Assembly (NCBI GenBank): GCA_963834075.1 | Contig: CAWIAH010000011.1 | Coordinates: 476,989-540,988 of the forward strand | DNA: 64,000 nucleotides | Direction: 5' to 3' | Source: an uncultured Acidobacteriaceae bacterium | GTDB taxonomy: Bacteria; Acidobacteriota; Terriglobia; Terriglobales; Acidobacteriaceae | In this document: one piece after another, positions 27,196-35,506 of the stretch | Position numbering within the stretch: the stretch's first letter is position 1 | Layout: each line of letters starts with the position of its first letter | Translations under genes and position numbers: made by a program | Notes under the pieces: generated by a model | Told to the model about the DNA's origin: nothing | The model's input: the letters and a program-made list of their open reading frames with translations, nothing else | The model's database searches: none

Positions 27196-27553
27196 AATTC
27201 GCTTTCAATTCCTGCCTACGTCCTGAGCCAAACGATCAGCCCCCAAACAAGCCTTTTCTGCACCACTTAATGGGCAACTCAATCGTCCAATTGGACTTAT
27301 CAACTAAAGACATGTACTAGTGAGACTACCCGACCGCCATGGCACCGGGTAGAATCTGCCTATTGTCAGGGATAGCTTTTAGGCAACCTTAGCCGGTAGT
27401 CCGCCATTTTGTCTGATTTGGAAATCGGGCTTCAGAAATTACTTTAGTTTGCGCAGCGGAAATTTTCGCTTGGTTCCCGAAATGGGACTTAGTTGGAAGT
27501 GTGTGGGTGGATTCCACGAAGATCCAAAAGCTACGAAAGACAAAAACTTAACG

Positions 27554-28588
27554 ATGAAAGATCAGAGGATAAGGCGGCAGATGTGGCAGGGCTTAATCCT
27601 GGCCTGCTTCGCCGTGGTGCTCGGTGTGTCGTGCGGCGGCGGCATGAGTCCATCAAACCATTCCACCACGACCACCACCACCAGCAAAGACGGCAGTCTC
27701 AGCTTGAACGCAACGAGCATCGACCTTGGCAGCGTTCATGTGGGAAGCAGCGCGAGCAGTTCTTTGACCCTTACAAACTCCTCAGCGACGGGCGGAGCCG
27801 ATATAACCTTTTCTCAAGTGGCGACCAGCGGCGCAGGCTTCAGTACCACGACGGCGACGTTGCCCATCGTTCTTGAGCCTGGCCAATCCTCGAAAATCAG
27901 CATTACCTTCGCTCCTAAATCTGCGGGTGCGGTAACAGGATCTCTGGCAATTACCGTCGCCGGAGCGGCCGACCCGGCAAGCGTACCGCTGACCGGCACC
28001 GGCATCGCGGCGTCGGCTTTAGGTGTTTCGCCCGGCAACCTCAGTTTCGGAACCGTAGCCGTGGGCAGCAGTTTGAACAAGTCGGGCAGTTTGACGGCTG
28101 GCGATTCAGACGTTGTGGTGAATAGCGCAGCATGGAGCGGTTCGGGCTACTCGGTAAGCGGAATTAATTTTCCGGTAACCGTGGCGGCCGGGAAGAGCAT
28201 TTCTTTCACGGTGACGTTCGCCCCAGATGACACGGGCGCCTCCTCGGGCAGCGTTTCTTTCGTCAGCAATGCGGCCAATTCGCCGACGGTCGAGAAACTC
28301 TCCGGCACCGGGTCGCAGACCCAGGCGCAAAATCCTCCCACACAATCCAGCGTGAATCTATCCTGGGATCCGAGCTCATCCGCCGTGATCGGGTACTACG
28401 TCTACCGCGGCTCACAGTCGGGCGGCCCTTATAGCAAATTGAACTCGTCGGCCTCGGCGAATACATCGTATGCCGACAGCACGGTAAGCGCCGGAGCTAC
28501 CTATTACTATGTTGTGACTTCGGTGAACGCGGAATCAGTGGAAAGCGCTTACTCGAATCAGGTGACGGCGGTCGTTCCGAGTCAATAA
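27554..28588 (+). CDS. Paralogous surface (lipo)protein: 2 choice-of-anchor-D/ASH-like repeats plus C-terminal FN3
   Basis: ATG 27554 gives MKDQRIRRQMWQGLILACFAVVLGVSCGG, a signal peptide with a Cys. Then come a TTTTT linker, two repeats, and the FN3 tail NLSWDPSSSAVIGYYVYRGSQSGGPYSKL...SYADSTVSAGATYYYVVTSV. The ORF is open from 27449, but that extension has no signal-peptide character. Confidence 0.78.
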   Translation: MKDQRIRRQMWQGLILACFAVVLGVSCGGGMSPSNHSTTTTTTSKDGSLSLNATSIDLGSVHVGSSASSSLTLTNSSATGGADITFSQVATSGAGFSTTTATLPIVLEPGQSSKISITFAPKSAGAVTGSLAITVAGAADPASVPLTGTGIAASALGVSPGNLSFGTVAVGSSLNKSGSLTAGDSDVVVNSAAWSGSGYSVSGINFPVTVAAGKSISFTVTFAPDDTGASSGSVSFVSNAANSPTVEKLSGTGSQTQAQNPPTQSSVNLSWDPSSSAVIGYYVYRGSQSGGPYSKLNSSASANTSYADSTVSAGATYYYVVTSVNAESVESAYSNQVTAVVPSQ

Positions 28589-28678
28589 CGGTCTCGGGAA
28601 TTGCATCCAGTTCAAGGCTCAATGGCTCGGCAGTTGGTCCGTCGTTCCGAGTCAATAACGGTCTCGGGAATTGCATCC
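28571..28678 (+). repeat. Exact 38-bp direct repeat (period 70 bp) duplicating the 3' end and stop codon of the third paralogue
   Basis: GTCGTTCCGAGTCAATAACGGTCTCGGGAATTGCATCC occurs at 28571-28608 and again at 28641-28678. Confidence 0.95.
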
Positions 28679-28687
28679 CCGTGGTGG

Positions 28688-29230
28688 CTATTCGAAAGTT
28701 TCAGCAAATTCCAGCGCCACACCCTCTTTGTCTTTCGCGGAGATTATGGGCTCTCCCGCGAGCGGCCATTCAACCTTTAAAGCCGGATCGTTCCAGGCCA
28801 GGGTGCGTTCATATTGCGGCGTGTAGTAATCGGTTGCCTTGTAGAGCACGTGCGCTGCTTCCGAACAGACCAGAAATCCATGGGCCAATCCCGGAGGCGT
28901 CCAGAGGATTTTTTCGTTATTCCCGGAAAGCGCTACGCCATGCCACTTTCCAAACGTAGGGGAGCTGCGGCGCAAATCCACGACCACATCAAACACTTCT
29001 CCCGTAATCGCTCGCACTAATTTTCCCTGCGGGGCATGAATCTGGTAGTGCAAACCTCGGAGCACATTCCGCCCCGAGAATGAGTGATTATCCTGCACGA
29101 AATGGTCCCGGATGCCACCCTCCGCCATAACCTTTTCGTTGTAACTCTCCAGGAAGAAGCCCCGGACATCGCGGAATACACTTGGCTCAAGAATCAGTAC
29201 GCCGGGAATCGGGGTTTCGAGAAATTTCAC
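28688..29230 (-). CDS. rfbC: dTDP-4-dehydrorhamnose 3,5-epimerase
   Basis: MKFLETPIPGVLILEPSVFRDVRGFFLESYN...LRGLHYQ...QGKLVR...GEVFDVVVDLR are typical RmlC cupin blocks. Confidence 0.92.
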   Translation of the reverse strand: MKFLETPIPGVLILEPSVFRDVRGFFLESYNEKVMAEGGIRDHFVQDNHSFSGRNVLRGLHYQIHAPQGKLVRAITGEVFDVVVDLRRSSPTFGKWHGVALSGNNEKILWTPPGLAHGFLVCSEAAHVLYKATDYYTPQYERTLAWNDPALKVEWPLAGEPIISAKDKEGVALEFAETFE

Positions 29231-29273
29231 GTTAGACTCGGTCGCGACAGGAAACTTTCACAACGGGTGAAGG

Positions 29274-30182
29274 TCAGAAAACCCTTTCACGCAACAATTG
29301 CAGCAGATATGTTCCGTATCCATTGTTCGTCATCGTAGCCGCGAGACGCTCAAGCTCTTCCGCGGTAATGTAGCCATAACGGTAAGCAATTTCCTCTGGA
29401 CAAGCCACCATGAGGCCCTGGCGGGTTTCGATCGTCTGAATGAACAGCGACGCCTCAAGCATGGCTTCGTGGGTGCCCGTGTCCAGCCAAGCCATGCCGC
29501 GACCCATGACCTCAACCTCAAGTTGCCCGCGCCGCAGGTATTCCAGGTTCACATCAGTGATTTCCAATTCGCCTCGTGCCGACGGTTTGAGAGACTTCGC
29601 GATTTCTACAACTTGACCATCGTAAAAATACAAGCCGGTGACGGCATAACGGGACTTCGGAATCTTTGGCTTCTCTTCCAGGCTAAGGGCTTTCCCCTGC
29701 GAGTCAAACTCAACGACTCCATAACGTTGCGGGTCGTTGACCGGATAAGCGAAGATCCGCGCGCCTACTCTCGGCCGGATCGCGTCACTGACGCATTTGG
29801 CAAAGTCATGACCATAGAAAATATTGTCCCCCAGCACCAAAGCGCAAGCGGAGGAACCGATAAATTGTTCGCCAACCAGAAATGCCTGCGCGATCCCCTC
29901 CGGTCGTGGCTGCACCGCATACTGAATATTCAATCCAATAGACGCACCGTCGCCCAGCAGTCGATCGAACTGAGCTGTGTCGTATGGGGTCGAAATGATT
30001 AGAATGTTGCGTATTCCCGCCAGCATCAGGCACGACAGCGGGTAGTAAATCATGGGTTTGTCGTAAATCGGCAGCAGGCTCTTGCAAACCGCATGGGTCA
30101 CGGGATAGAGCCGGGTACCCGAGCCGCCTGCCAGGATAATTCCCTTGCAGTCGGAATCATGATTGCGAAAATTTGGCGTCAT
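29274..30182 (-). CDS. rfbA: Glucose-1-phosphate thymidylyltransferase
   Basis: [17 protein letters not shown]....[33 protein letters not shown] and ...[19 protein letters not shown] are typical RmlA blocks. Confidence 0.93.
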   Translation of the reverse strand: MTPNFRNHDSDCKGIILAGGSGTRLYPVTHAVCKSLLPIYDKPMIYYPLSCLMLAGIRNILIISTPYDTAQFDRLLGDGASIGLNIQYAVQPRPEGIAQAFLVGEQFIGSSACALVLGDNIFYGHDFAKCVSDAIRPRVGARIFAYPVNDPQRYGVVEFDSQGKALSLEEKPKIPKSRYAVTGLYFYDGQVVEIAKSLKPSARGELEITDVNLEYLRRGQLEVEVMGRGMAWLDTGTHEAMLEASLFIQTIETRQGLMVACPEEIAYRYGYITAEELERLAATMTNNGYGTYLLQLLRERVF

Positions 30183-30204
30183 CGGATTCTGGAGTTGGAT
30201 TATC

Positions 30205-31293
30205 TCAGGTTGCGGCGGCGGGTGATTGCGAGTAGTGCATGGCCATCCACTGCCGGTATTCTCCGCTGGTCACGCCCCGAACCCAGTTTTCGTTTTTGAG
30301 ATACCATGCCACCGTCTTGCGGATGCCGGTTTCAAAGGTCTCCCGCGGCTTCCAACCCAACTCGCGCGCGACTTTGCGCGCATCAATCGCATATCGCCGG
30401 TCGTGGCCGGGACGATCTCTCACGAACGAGATCAAACCGGCATGCGGGATGATGGGATCCGCCGGCCTTATCTCATCGAGAATCGTACATATGAGTTGCA
30501 CAATTTCCAGGTTGCGCTTTTCGTTCCCGCCTCCGATATTGTAAGTCGTTCCTGTGGTACCGCGAGCCAACACAGTCCGCAGCGCCTCGCAATGGTCGGC
30601 GACAAACAACCAGTCGCGAATATTTTGACCGTCACCGTAAACCGGAATCGGCCGACCTTCGATCGCGCTCAGGATCACCAAGGGGATTAGTTTCTCAGGG
30701 AACTGATAGGGACCATAGTTGTTTGAGCAATTGGTGGTCAACGTGGGCAGGCCGTACGTGTGATGGTAGGCGCGCACCAAGTGATCGGCGCCGGCTTTGG
30801 TGGCTGAATATGGGCTATTGGGCGCGTAGGGGGTTATTTCGGTAAACGGAACGGCAGTGGCATCGAGCGAGCCGTATACCTCGTCGGTCGAAACATGCAA
30901 GAAGCGAAACTTCGCTCTATCTTCCCCGGTCAGCACGCTCCAGTAGGCCCGTGTTTCTTCCAGAAGGCTGAACGTCCCATTTACATTGGTGCGAATGAAG
31001 TCATCGGGCCCCTGTATGGACCGGTCCACATGGCTCTCTGCCGCGAAATGAACAACCGCACGCGGCCGATGGCGGTGCAATAATTTCCGCACGCAATCAC
31101 GGTCGCAAATGTCGCCAAGCTCGAACGAATATCGCTTATCCGCGGCAATATCTTTCAGATTCTCCAGGTTTCCGGCATAGGTGAGTTTATCGAGATTAAC
31201 GACCGGCGCGTCCTCCCGGGACATCCATTGCAAAATAAAATTGCAACCAATGAAGCCAGCCCCGCCGGTGACCAGGATAGGATTTGTCAGCAT
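30205..31293 (-). CDS. rfbB: dTDP-glucose 4,6-dehydratase
   Basis: [46 protein letters not shown] and [15 protein letters not shown] are typical RmlB blocks. Confidence 0.93.
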   Translation of the reverse strand: MLTNPILVTGGAGFIGCNFILQWMSREDAPVVNLDKLTYAGNLENLKDIAADKRYSFELGDICDRDCVRKLLHRHRPRAVVHFAAESHVDRSIQGPDDFIRTNVNGTFSLLEETRAYWSVLTGEDRAKFRFLHVSTDEVYGSLDATAVPFTEITPYAPNSPYSATKAGADHLVRAYHHTYGLPTLTTNCSNNYGPYQFPEKLIPLVILSAIEGRPIPVYGDGQNIRDWLFVADHCEALRTVLARGTTGTTYNIGGGNEKRNLEIVQLICTILDEIRPADPIIPHAGLISFVRDRPGHDRRYAIDARKVARELGWKPRETFETGIRKTVAWYLKNENWVRGVTSGEYRQWMAMHYSQSPAAAT

Positions 31294-31322
31294 TCCTTAA
31301 GCGTCGCTCCAGCCCTCTCGTT

Positions 31323-31616
31323 TTATTCCGTCGACGGTCCGCTTGTCTGTGACCGCTCTTCCAGCAATAATCGCCGCAGGCTCCGTAGATCATTCAAGAC
31401 GCGACGGCTGGCGGTTAAATGGTGTTCCAGCTTGTCCAGCTTGAAAAGAACCAGGCGGAGTGCCTCTCCCCGCCGCTCTTCTACCGCGTTGACTCGAATA
31501 TTGGCGATATCCTCTTCAATCTCCTGCTTAGCTTCCAGCATGGCTTCCGACAACAAACGCAAGTACTCGTGAGCACTCTCGACGCTGTCGAATGGGGTTT
31601 CGCGTGCGTAATCCAA
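31323..31616 (-). CDS. Hypothetical helical/coiled-coil protein (97 aa)
   Basis: TTG start with GGAGG 8 nt upstream. Charged heptad-like sequence (EYLRLLSEAMLEAKQEIEEDIANIRVNAVEERRGEALRL...). No family recognised. It sits between the exosortase and rfbB. Confidence 0.45.
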   Translation of the reverse strand: MDYARETPFDSVESAHEYLRLLSEAMLEAKQEIEEDIANIRVNAVEERRGEALRLVLFKLDKLEHHLTASRRVLNDLRSLRRLLLEERSQTSGPSTE

Positions 31617-31723
31617 AAATCGACCTCCTGCCGAAGCACCGGACTCACCGTTAGCATAACCCCGCCAGGCATCTTCGTGCCGCGGAATCCAATCCCCGAG
31701 GAATGCACGACGCTTTTGCGGAT

Positions 31724-32593
31724 TTAAACGGGTTCTCGTCCACGGTTCACCTCAATCCTCTGCAAAACCCAGATGGTCAGCAATAAGCCCGCAAAAGCCA
31801 GTCCAAAGAAGATGAAACCTCCGTCATGATGCAGTCGGCCGCTGAGGAACGATGGATCCACGTACATTCCAAGCGAGGAAAGCACAAATATTCTGAGGCC
31901 ATTCTTCGCCACTGTAACCGGGAGGACCGCCAACGTCAGCAGCAGCTTCCCCCAGAACGTTCTGAGATAAAGGTGACCGAGCACCAGCGCGGAAAGTAAC
32001 AACACCATGCTGGAACGGATACCGCTGCACTCTTCGGCGATGTAAATATCAATCCGGGGAAGCACGAGTACAGCCCCATGTCTTGCATAAGGGATGTGGG
32101 CCAGATCGAACAACCAGCAGGTTATGATCGCCGAACCGTTACGTAATCCAGCGATTGCGGCTTCCAGAACTGGATCCGGCAGGGGCACCATCAATAGCAA
32201 AAACAACAGAGGAAAGGCGCCTGCCCGGAATGCCTTCGCCCCGTAGTTAAAAGTGAATGCCGAGAGGCAACACAACCCAAAGAGCAAGATCGACAACGAA
32301 AGATATCCGCTCGCGCTCACCAGATTCTCGTGCCCGGATAAGTACGCGAACACCGCAATGCAAATGAAAAACGAGATTCCCGAAGGAATGCTGTATTCGA
32401 GATTCGCCAGGAGCCTGCGGCGCGTTTGATAGAGCAACGTCAGGCTAACCGGCACGACCAAGAGGATGTGCGAGTACTGGTCGACGGAGATCGAGGATTT
32501 CACCACGAAGCCAACTGGTTGGCGGAAGACCACAATCGCCACCAGGATCAGGCTGACAAAACCGACGTGTCTGGCGCGTAGCGTTGAAGTCAA
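31724..32593 (-). CDS. Exosortase family protein (EpsH/Xrt-type transpeptidase)
   Basis: 289 aa and polytopic. Catalytic-Cys block YIAEECSGIRSSMVLLLSAL. Conserved Arg block VAKNGLRIFVLS. His region GRLHHDGGFIFF. Confidence 0.82.
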   Translation of the reverse strand: MTSTLRARHVGFVSLILVAIVVFRQPVGFVVKSSISVDQYSHILLVVPVSLTLLYQTRRRLLANLEYSIPSGISFFICIAVFAYLSGHENLVSASGYLSLSILLFGLCCLSAFTFNYGAKAFRAGAFPLLFLLLMVPLPDPVLEAAIAGLRNGSAIITCWLFDLAHIPYARHGAVLVLPRIDIYIAEECSGIRSSMVLLLSALVLGHLYLRTFWGKLLLTLAVLPVTVAKNGLRIFVLSSLGMYVDPSFLSGRLHHDGGFIFFGLAFAGLLLTIWVLQRIEVNRGREPV

Positions 32594-32610
32594 ATCGCAC
32601 CTGGGGATTG

Positions 32611-33372
32611 CTATACCGTAGCGCTCAGCTGAATCCTGACCACATCCCGGTCATCGCCGGAGGTGGCGACGGCGGCCGCATATCCTAAAATGCCGCCGAG
32701 GATGCGAATGCTCCATGATTCCTTGAACACCCACGCCGCTGCACGCACCGTACGCCACTGCGAGCCCCTTCCCGAGTCAACAATACTGAATTGATCGAGC
32801 GGCGTCGAGAGTCCCCTGCCATCGGCTTTGATGCATGCCTCTTTGCATGACCAGTACTCATAAAACAGGCTTGCACGCTCCGATGGCGGAAGGGCAAAAA
32901 GCGCTTCCTGCTCCTGGCTGGAAAATGATGTTTTGGCCAGCCCTACGAAATCGAGGTCTTCCTGCCTCCGCTCGATGTCAACGCCGATCTCCCGGTGGGC
33001 AAAGCCCAGAAGTAGCATATCGCCAGAGTGGGAAACGTTAAAATTCAGGCCAGACTTTGAAGTCTCATCCTCTTCTAAAGCCGGCTTGCCTTGGGCGCCG
33101 TACCGGAATCGAAGCTGCGCTGGGTGGCCGTTCGTATAGCCGGCCAGGAGTTGGCGAAGCAGACCTCGCGAGAGCAGGTAGGAGTCTCGGTCTCGTGGAA
33201 AGTGGTAGCGCCCCGCCCGTGCGTGTTCGTCAGCGCTCAAATGCGGCTCCACAAAATGCAACAATCCATAGGAAGCGGAAAAGGGCGCTTGCCATACATG
33301 GATCGTTCCCGGAATGAGTGCGGGCAGCCCCCTGCCATTTCCAGCAAGTTCAGCCCAGGCTATGTTCAGCAT
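32611..33372 (-). CDS. 4'-phosphopantetheinyl transferase (Sfp-type)
   Basis: FNVSHSGDMLLLGF...EIGVDIE and WSCKEACIKADGRGLS fit the Sfp-type pattern (G)xD...(W/F)xxKE(A/S)xxK. Confidence 0.8.
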   Translation of the reverse strand: MLNIAWAELAGNGRGLPALIPGTIHVWQAPFSASYGLLHFVEPHLSADEHARAGRYHFPRDRDSYLLSRGLLRQLLAGYTNGHPAQLRFRYGAQGKPALEEDETSKSGLNFNVSHSGDMLLLGFAHREIGVDIERRQEDLDFVGLAKTSFSSQEQEALFALPPSERASLFYEYWSCKEACIKADGRGLSTPLDQFSIVDSGRGSQWRTVRAAAWVFKESWSIRILGGILGYAAAVATSGDDRDVVRIQLSATV

Positions 33373-33489
33373 GGAAAAATCGAAGGAGCGAGCTCAGCAG
33401 GACGGCGGAGGGAGATGGCGAAGATGTGTACGGGCAGGAAAAGCGGGTGGGAATGGCAATTTATCCGAAGGCGCGTCTCTGGGACAGCC

Positions 33490-34029
33490 TCAGGCGATAC
33501 CGACGCCTGTGTTCGAAGCCTGCTGGGTAGGCGCGATTTCATCTCGCTGTTCGTACTCCGTTGACCGGTTGGCAACTCGTAAGAGTTCACGGTAGAACGC
33601 CGTTCGATTGATTGCAAACAGTCTCAGCTCAAACCCTTTGCCCTCCGGCGGAAGTATGTACGACAAGCAATATTGCGCGTTCCACCAGCCATACTTCAAC
33701 AGGCAAAAAATAGGGCCCAGCCAGGGATGTTGCCGGAGCATGCGGGATCGTTCCACGCAAATTCCCACCAAAGTGTCCGGTCGCACGCCGAGTTGCTGCA
33801 ACCTGCCGGCAATGCGGCCGGCGCGTTGGTCGAGTTCGCGATAAGTGAGTCTCTGTCCTTCGAATACCAGGGCCCAGCTTTCCGGCGTCCTGCCCGCCTG
33901 CATTTCAAACATCTCATGCAAGCTGCGAAAAGAATTTTGCAGTTTGGAATCCGAGATCTGGTTTGGATTTTTCCGCCCTGATTTTTCCTCCGTAGGCGTG
34001 AGAGGACCTGTGTTCGGCTCAGTTTCCAT
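33490..34029 (-). pseudogene. Truncated remnant of an adenylate-forming enzyme (AMP-binding/acyl-CoA ligase or NRPS A-domain N-terminus)
   Basis: LHEMFEMQAGRTPESWALVFEGQRLTYRELDQRAGRIAGRLQQLGVRPDTLVGICVERS matches the first ~60 residues of adenylation domains (FE.QA..TP...A+.....LTY.EL...A..+A..L...GV.P...V.+..ERS). After ERS the similarity is lost. Only about 650 nt exist between the flanking genes, which is too short for a complete (>450 aa) enzyme. Confidence 0.55.
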
Positions 34030-34063
34030 GCTTTCCTTCTGGTACTTACCGTTAGATCCGCAT

Positions 34064-35443
34064 TTAGAGTTTTCCAAAAGACGCGTATTCGTTTCTTGAG
34101 TCATGTGTTTCCCCGGGAGTCGATTCGATATTGCGGCCATTCAGCCGCTTGCCTACCACCGCAGCTCGCTCATTTTCCGAAAAGGGTCCAGACAACGACG
34201 ATGCGCCGCAATTGAGGTCCTGCGCGCACAATCCGTCGATTAAGGCGAAATATTCGCGTTTCTTCACTTCCCAACTATTTGCATTGACATATTGGTAGCC
34301 GCCGGCCGCCAGTAATGCGCGCGATTCCTTGCTTCCAGCCAAACCGATAATCGCGTCCGCCAGAGCCTCCACGTCCCCGGAAGGAAAAAAGCGTACGACG
34401 GTTTCGTCGAAGTAAAAGGAATCAATCTTTGTTCTGGAAACGATAGCCGGAACGCCTTGCGACATAAACTCCATGATCTTGGTGCTATAGGCTTCATTTC
34501 CAAAGGAGTCGGCCCGCTTTGGAACCACGCCGAGATCCGCATTGGCTATGATGTCGGGAATTTCGTCCAGAGCGCAACTTCCACAAAACTTGATGGCCTC
34601 CTTCAATCCCAGCCTTTCGGCCAACTCTTTCAGGCCATCCTCGGTACCACCGCCTCCGCCATATAAATGAAGTTCCGCATTGGGCACCTTGGATCTCACT
34701 TTTACGAATGCCTGAATTGCCAGGTCCAGGCCCTGGTGCCACTGGAAACTGCCAGGAAAAAGAACGATGAACTTTCCGTCCGCCCGGGTACGCGCCCGGG
34801 GGTAGAAAATCGTCGTATCCACATGATTTAGAAACACCGAGGATTTGCTTTTGGAAACCGAACGGGCAGTGATGGTTTCGTACCAGAGATGGTTGGAAAC
34901 GATAACGTGGTCCACAAAACCAGTCGAGGCTCTCTCGAGGGATTTCAACAGTTGTACGTAGGGGCTTCCCGAACGGATTTGAAATTTGTTTACGAAAAGC
35001 TCGGGCACGATGTCATGAATATCGAGAATCAGCTTCGCGCCCTTCCACTTCGGATACCATGCGGCAAAGACCAGGAAATCCGGAATGTTATGGACGTGAA
35101 TTACGTCATACGGCTTGCGCCGATGCTGGCGCAGCAAGAAGATGGAGGCGACCCAAAGGAAGCGTAAGAGCCGCCAGGCGTAGGTCCACTTGTGGCTTTC
35201 CTTGAAGTCACGATATTGAATTCGATAGAGTGCGACCCCTCGAATGATTTCTGCCCCCAAGGGTGCGCCGGCACCGCCCAGGGCGATCACATCCACTTCA
35301 TCGCCTCGCGCTACCAGGGCTTCGGCGTAGCGACGTAACCGGTTATCACTTTCGTAGCCGGTGTAGCCGAGCATGCAGATTCTCTTCCCGGTGCTCGAAG
35401 AAACGGGCGGATTGGGGGCAGGACTAGCCTTCTGACATCGCAT
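34064..35443 (-). CDS. Glycosyltransferase family 4 (GT-B, GT1 superfamily)
   Basis: ICMLGYTGYESDNRLRRYAEALVARGDEVDVIAL... with a C-terminal EX7E-type region (GVVPKRADSFGNEAYSTKIMEFMSQGVPAIVS). Paralogue of 38302-39639. Confidence 0.8.
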   Translation of the reverse strand: MRCQKASPAPNPPVSSSTGKRICMLGYTGYESDNRLRRYAEALVARGDEVDVIALGGAGAPLGAEIIRGVALYRIQYRDFKESHKWTYAWRLLRFLWVASIFLLRQHRRKPYDVIHVHNIPDFLVFAAWYPKWKGAKLILDIHDIVPELFVNKFQIRSGSPYVQLLKSLERASTGFVDHVIVSNHLWYETITARSVSKSKSSVFLNHVDTTIFYPRARTRADGKFIVLFPGSFQWHQGLDLAIQAFVKVRSKVPNAELHLYGGGGGTEDGLKELAERLGLKEAIKFCGSCALDEIPDIIANADLGVVPKRADSFGNEAYSTKIMEFMSQGVPAIVSRTKIDSFYFDETVVRFFPSGDVEALADAIIGLAGSKESRALLAAGGYQYVNANSWEVKKREYFALIDGLCAQDLNCGASSLSGPFSENERAAVVGKRLNGRNIESTPGETHDSRNEYASFGKL

Positions 35444-35506
35444 ATTCGTTGACCTGACTTTGGGGGAGGCTTCGATCTGGGTTTACAGCGCTGCCCGAGG
35501 CGTGCT

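Noticed and set aside
22985-28588. Possibility that the surface paralogues are the exosortase substrates
   Set aside because: All three end directly after the FN3 domain (...AVIPTP, ...AVVP, ...AVVPSQ). None has a PEP motif, a C-terminal TM helix or an Arg cluster.
31323-31616. The small ORF as a possible acyl carrier protein (FDSVES resembles the DSL phosphopantetheine site) serving the nearby PPTase
   Set aside because: The Ser lies only about 12 residues from the N-terminus. It has no preceding helix I, and the rest of the protein is a charged coiled coil rather than a four-helix ACP bundle.
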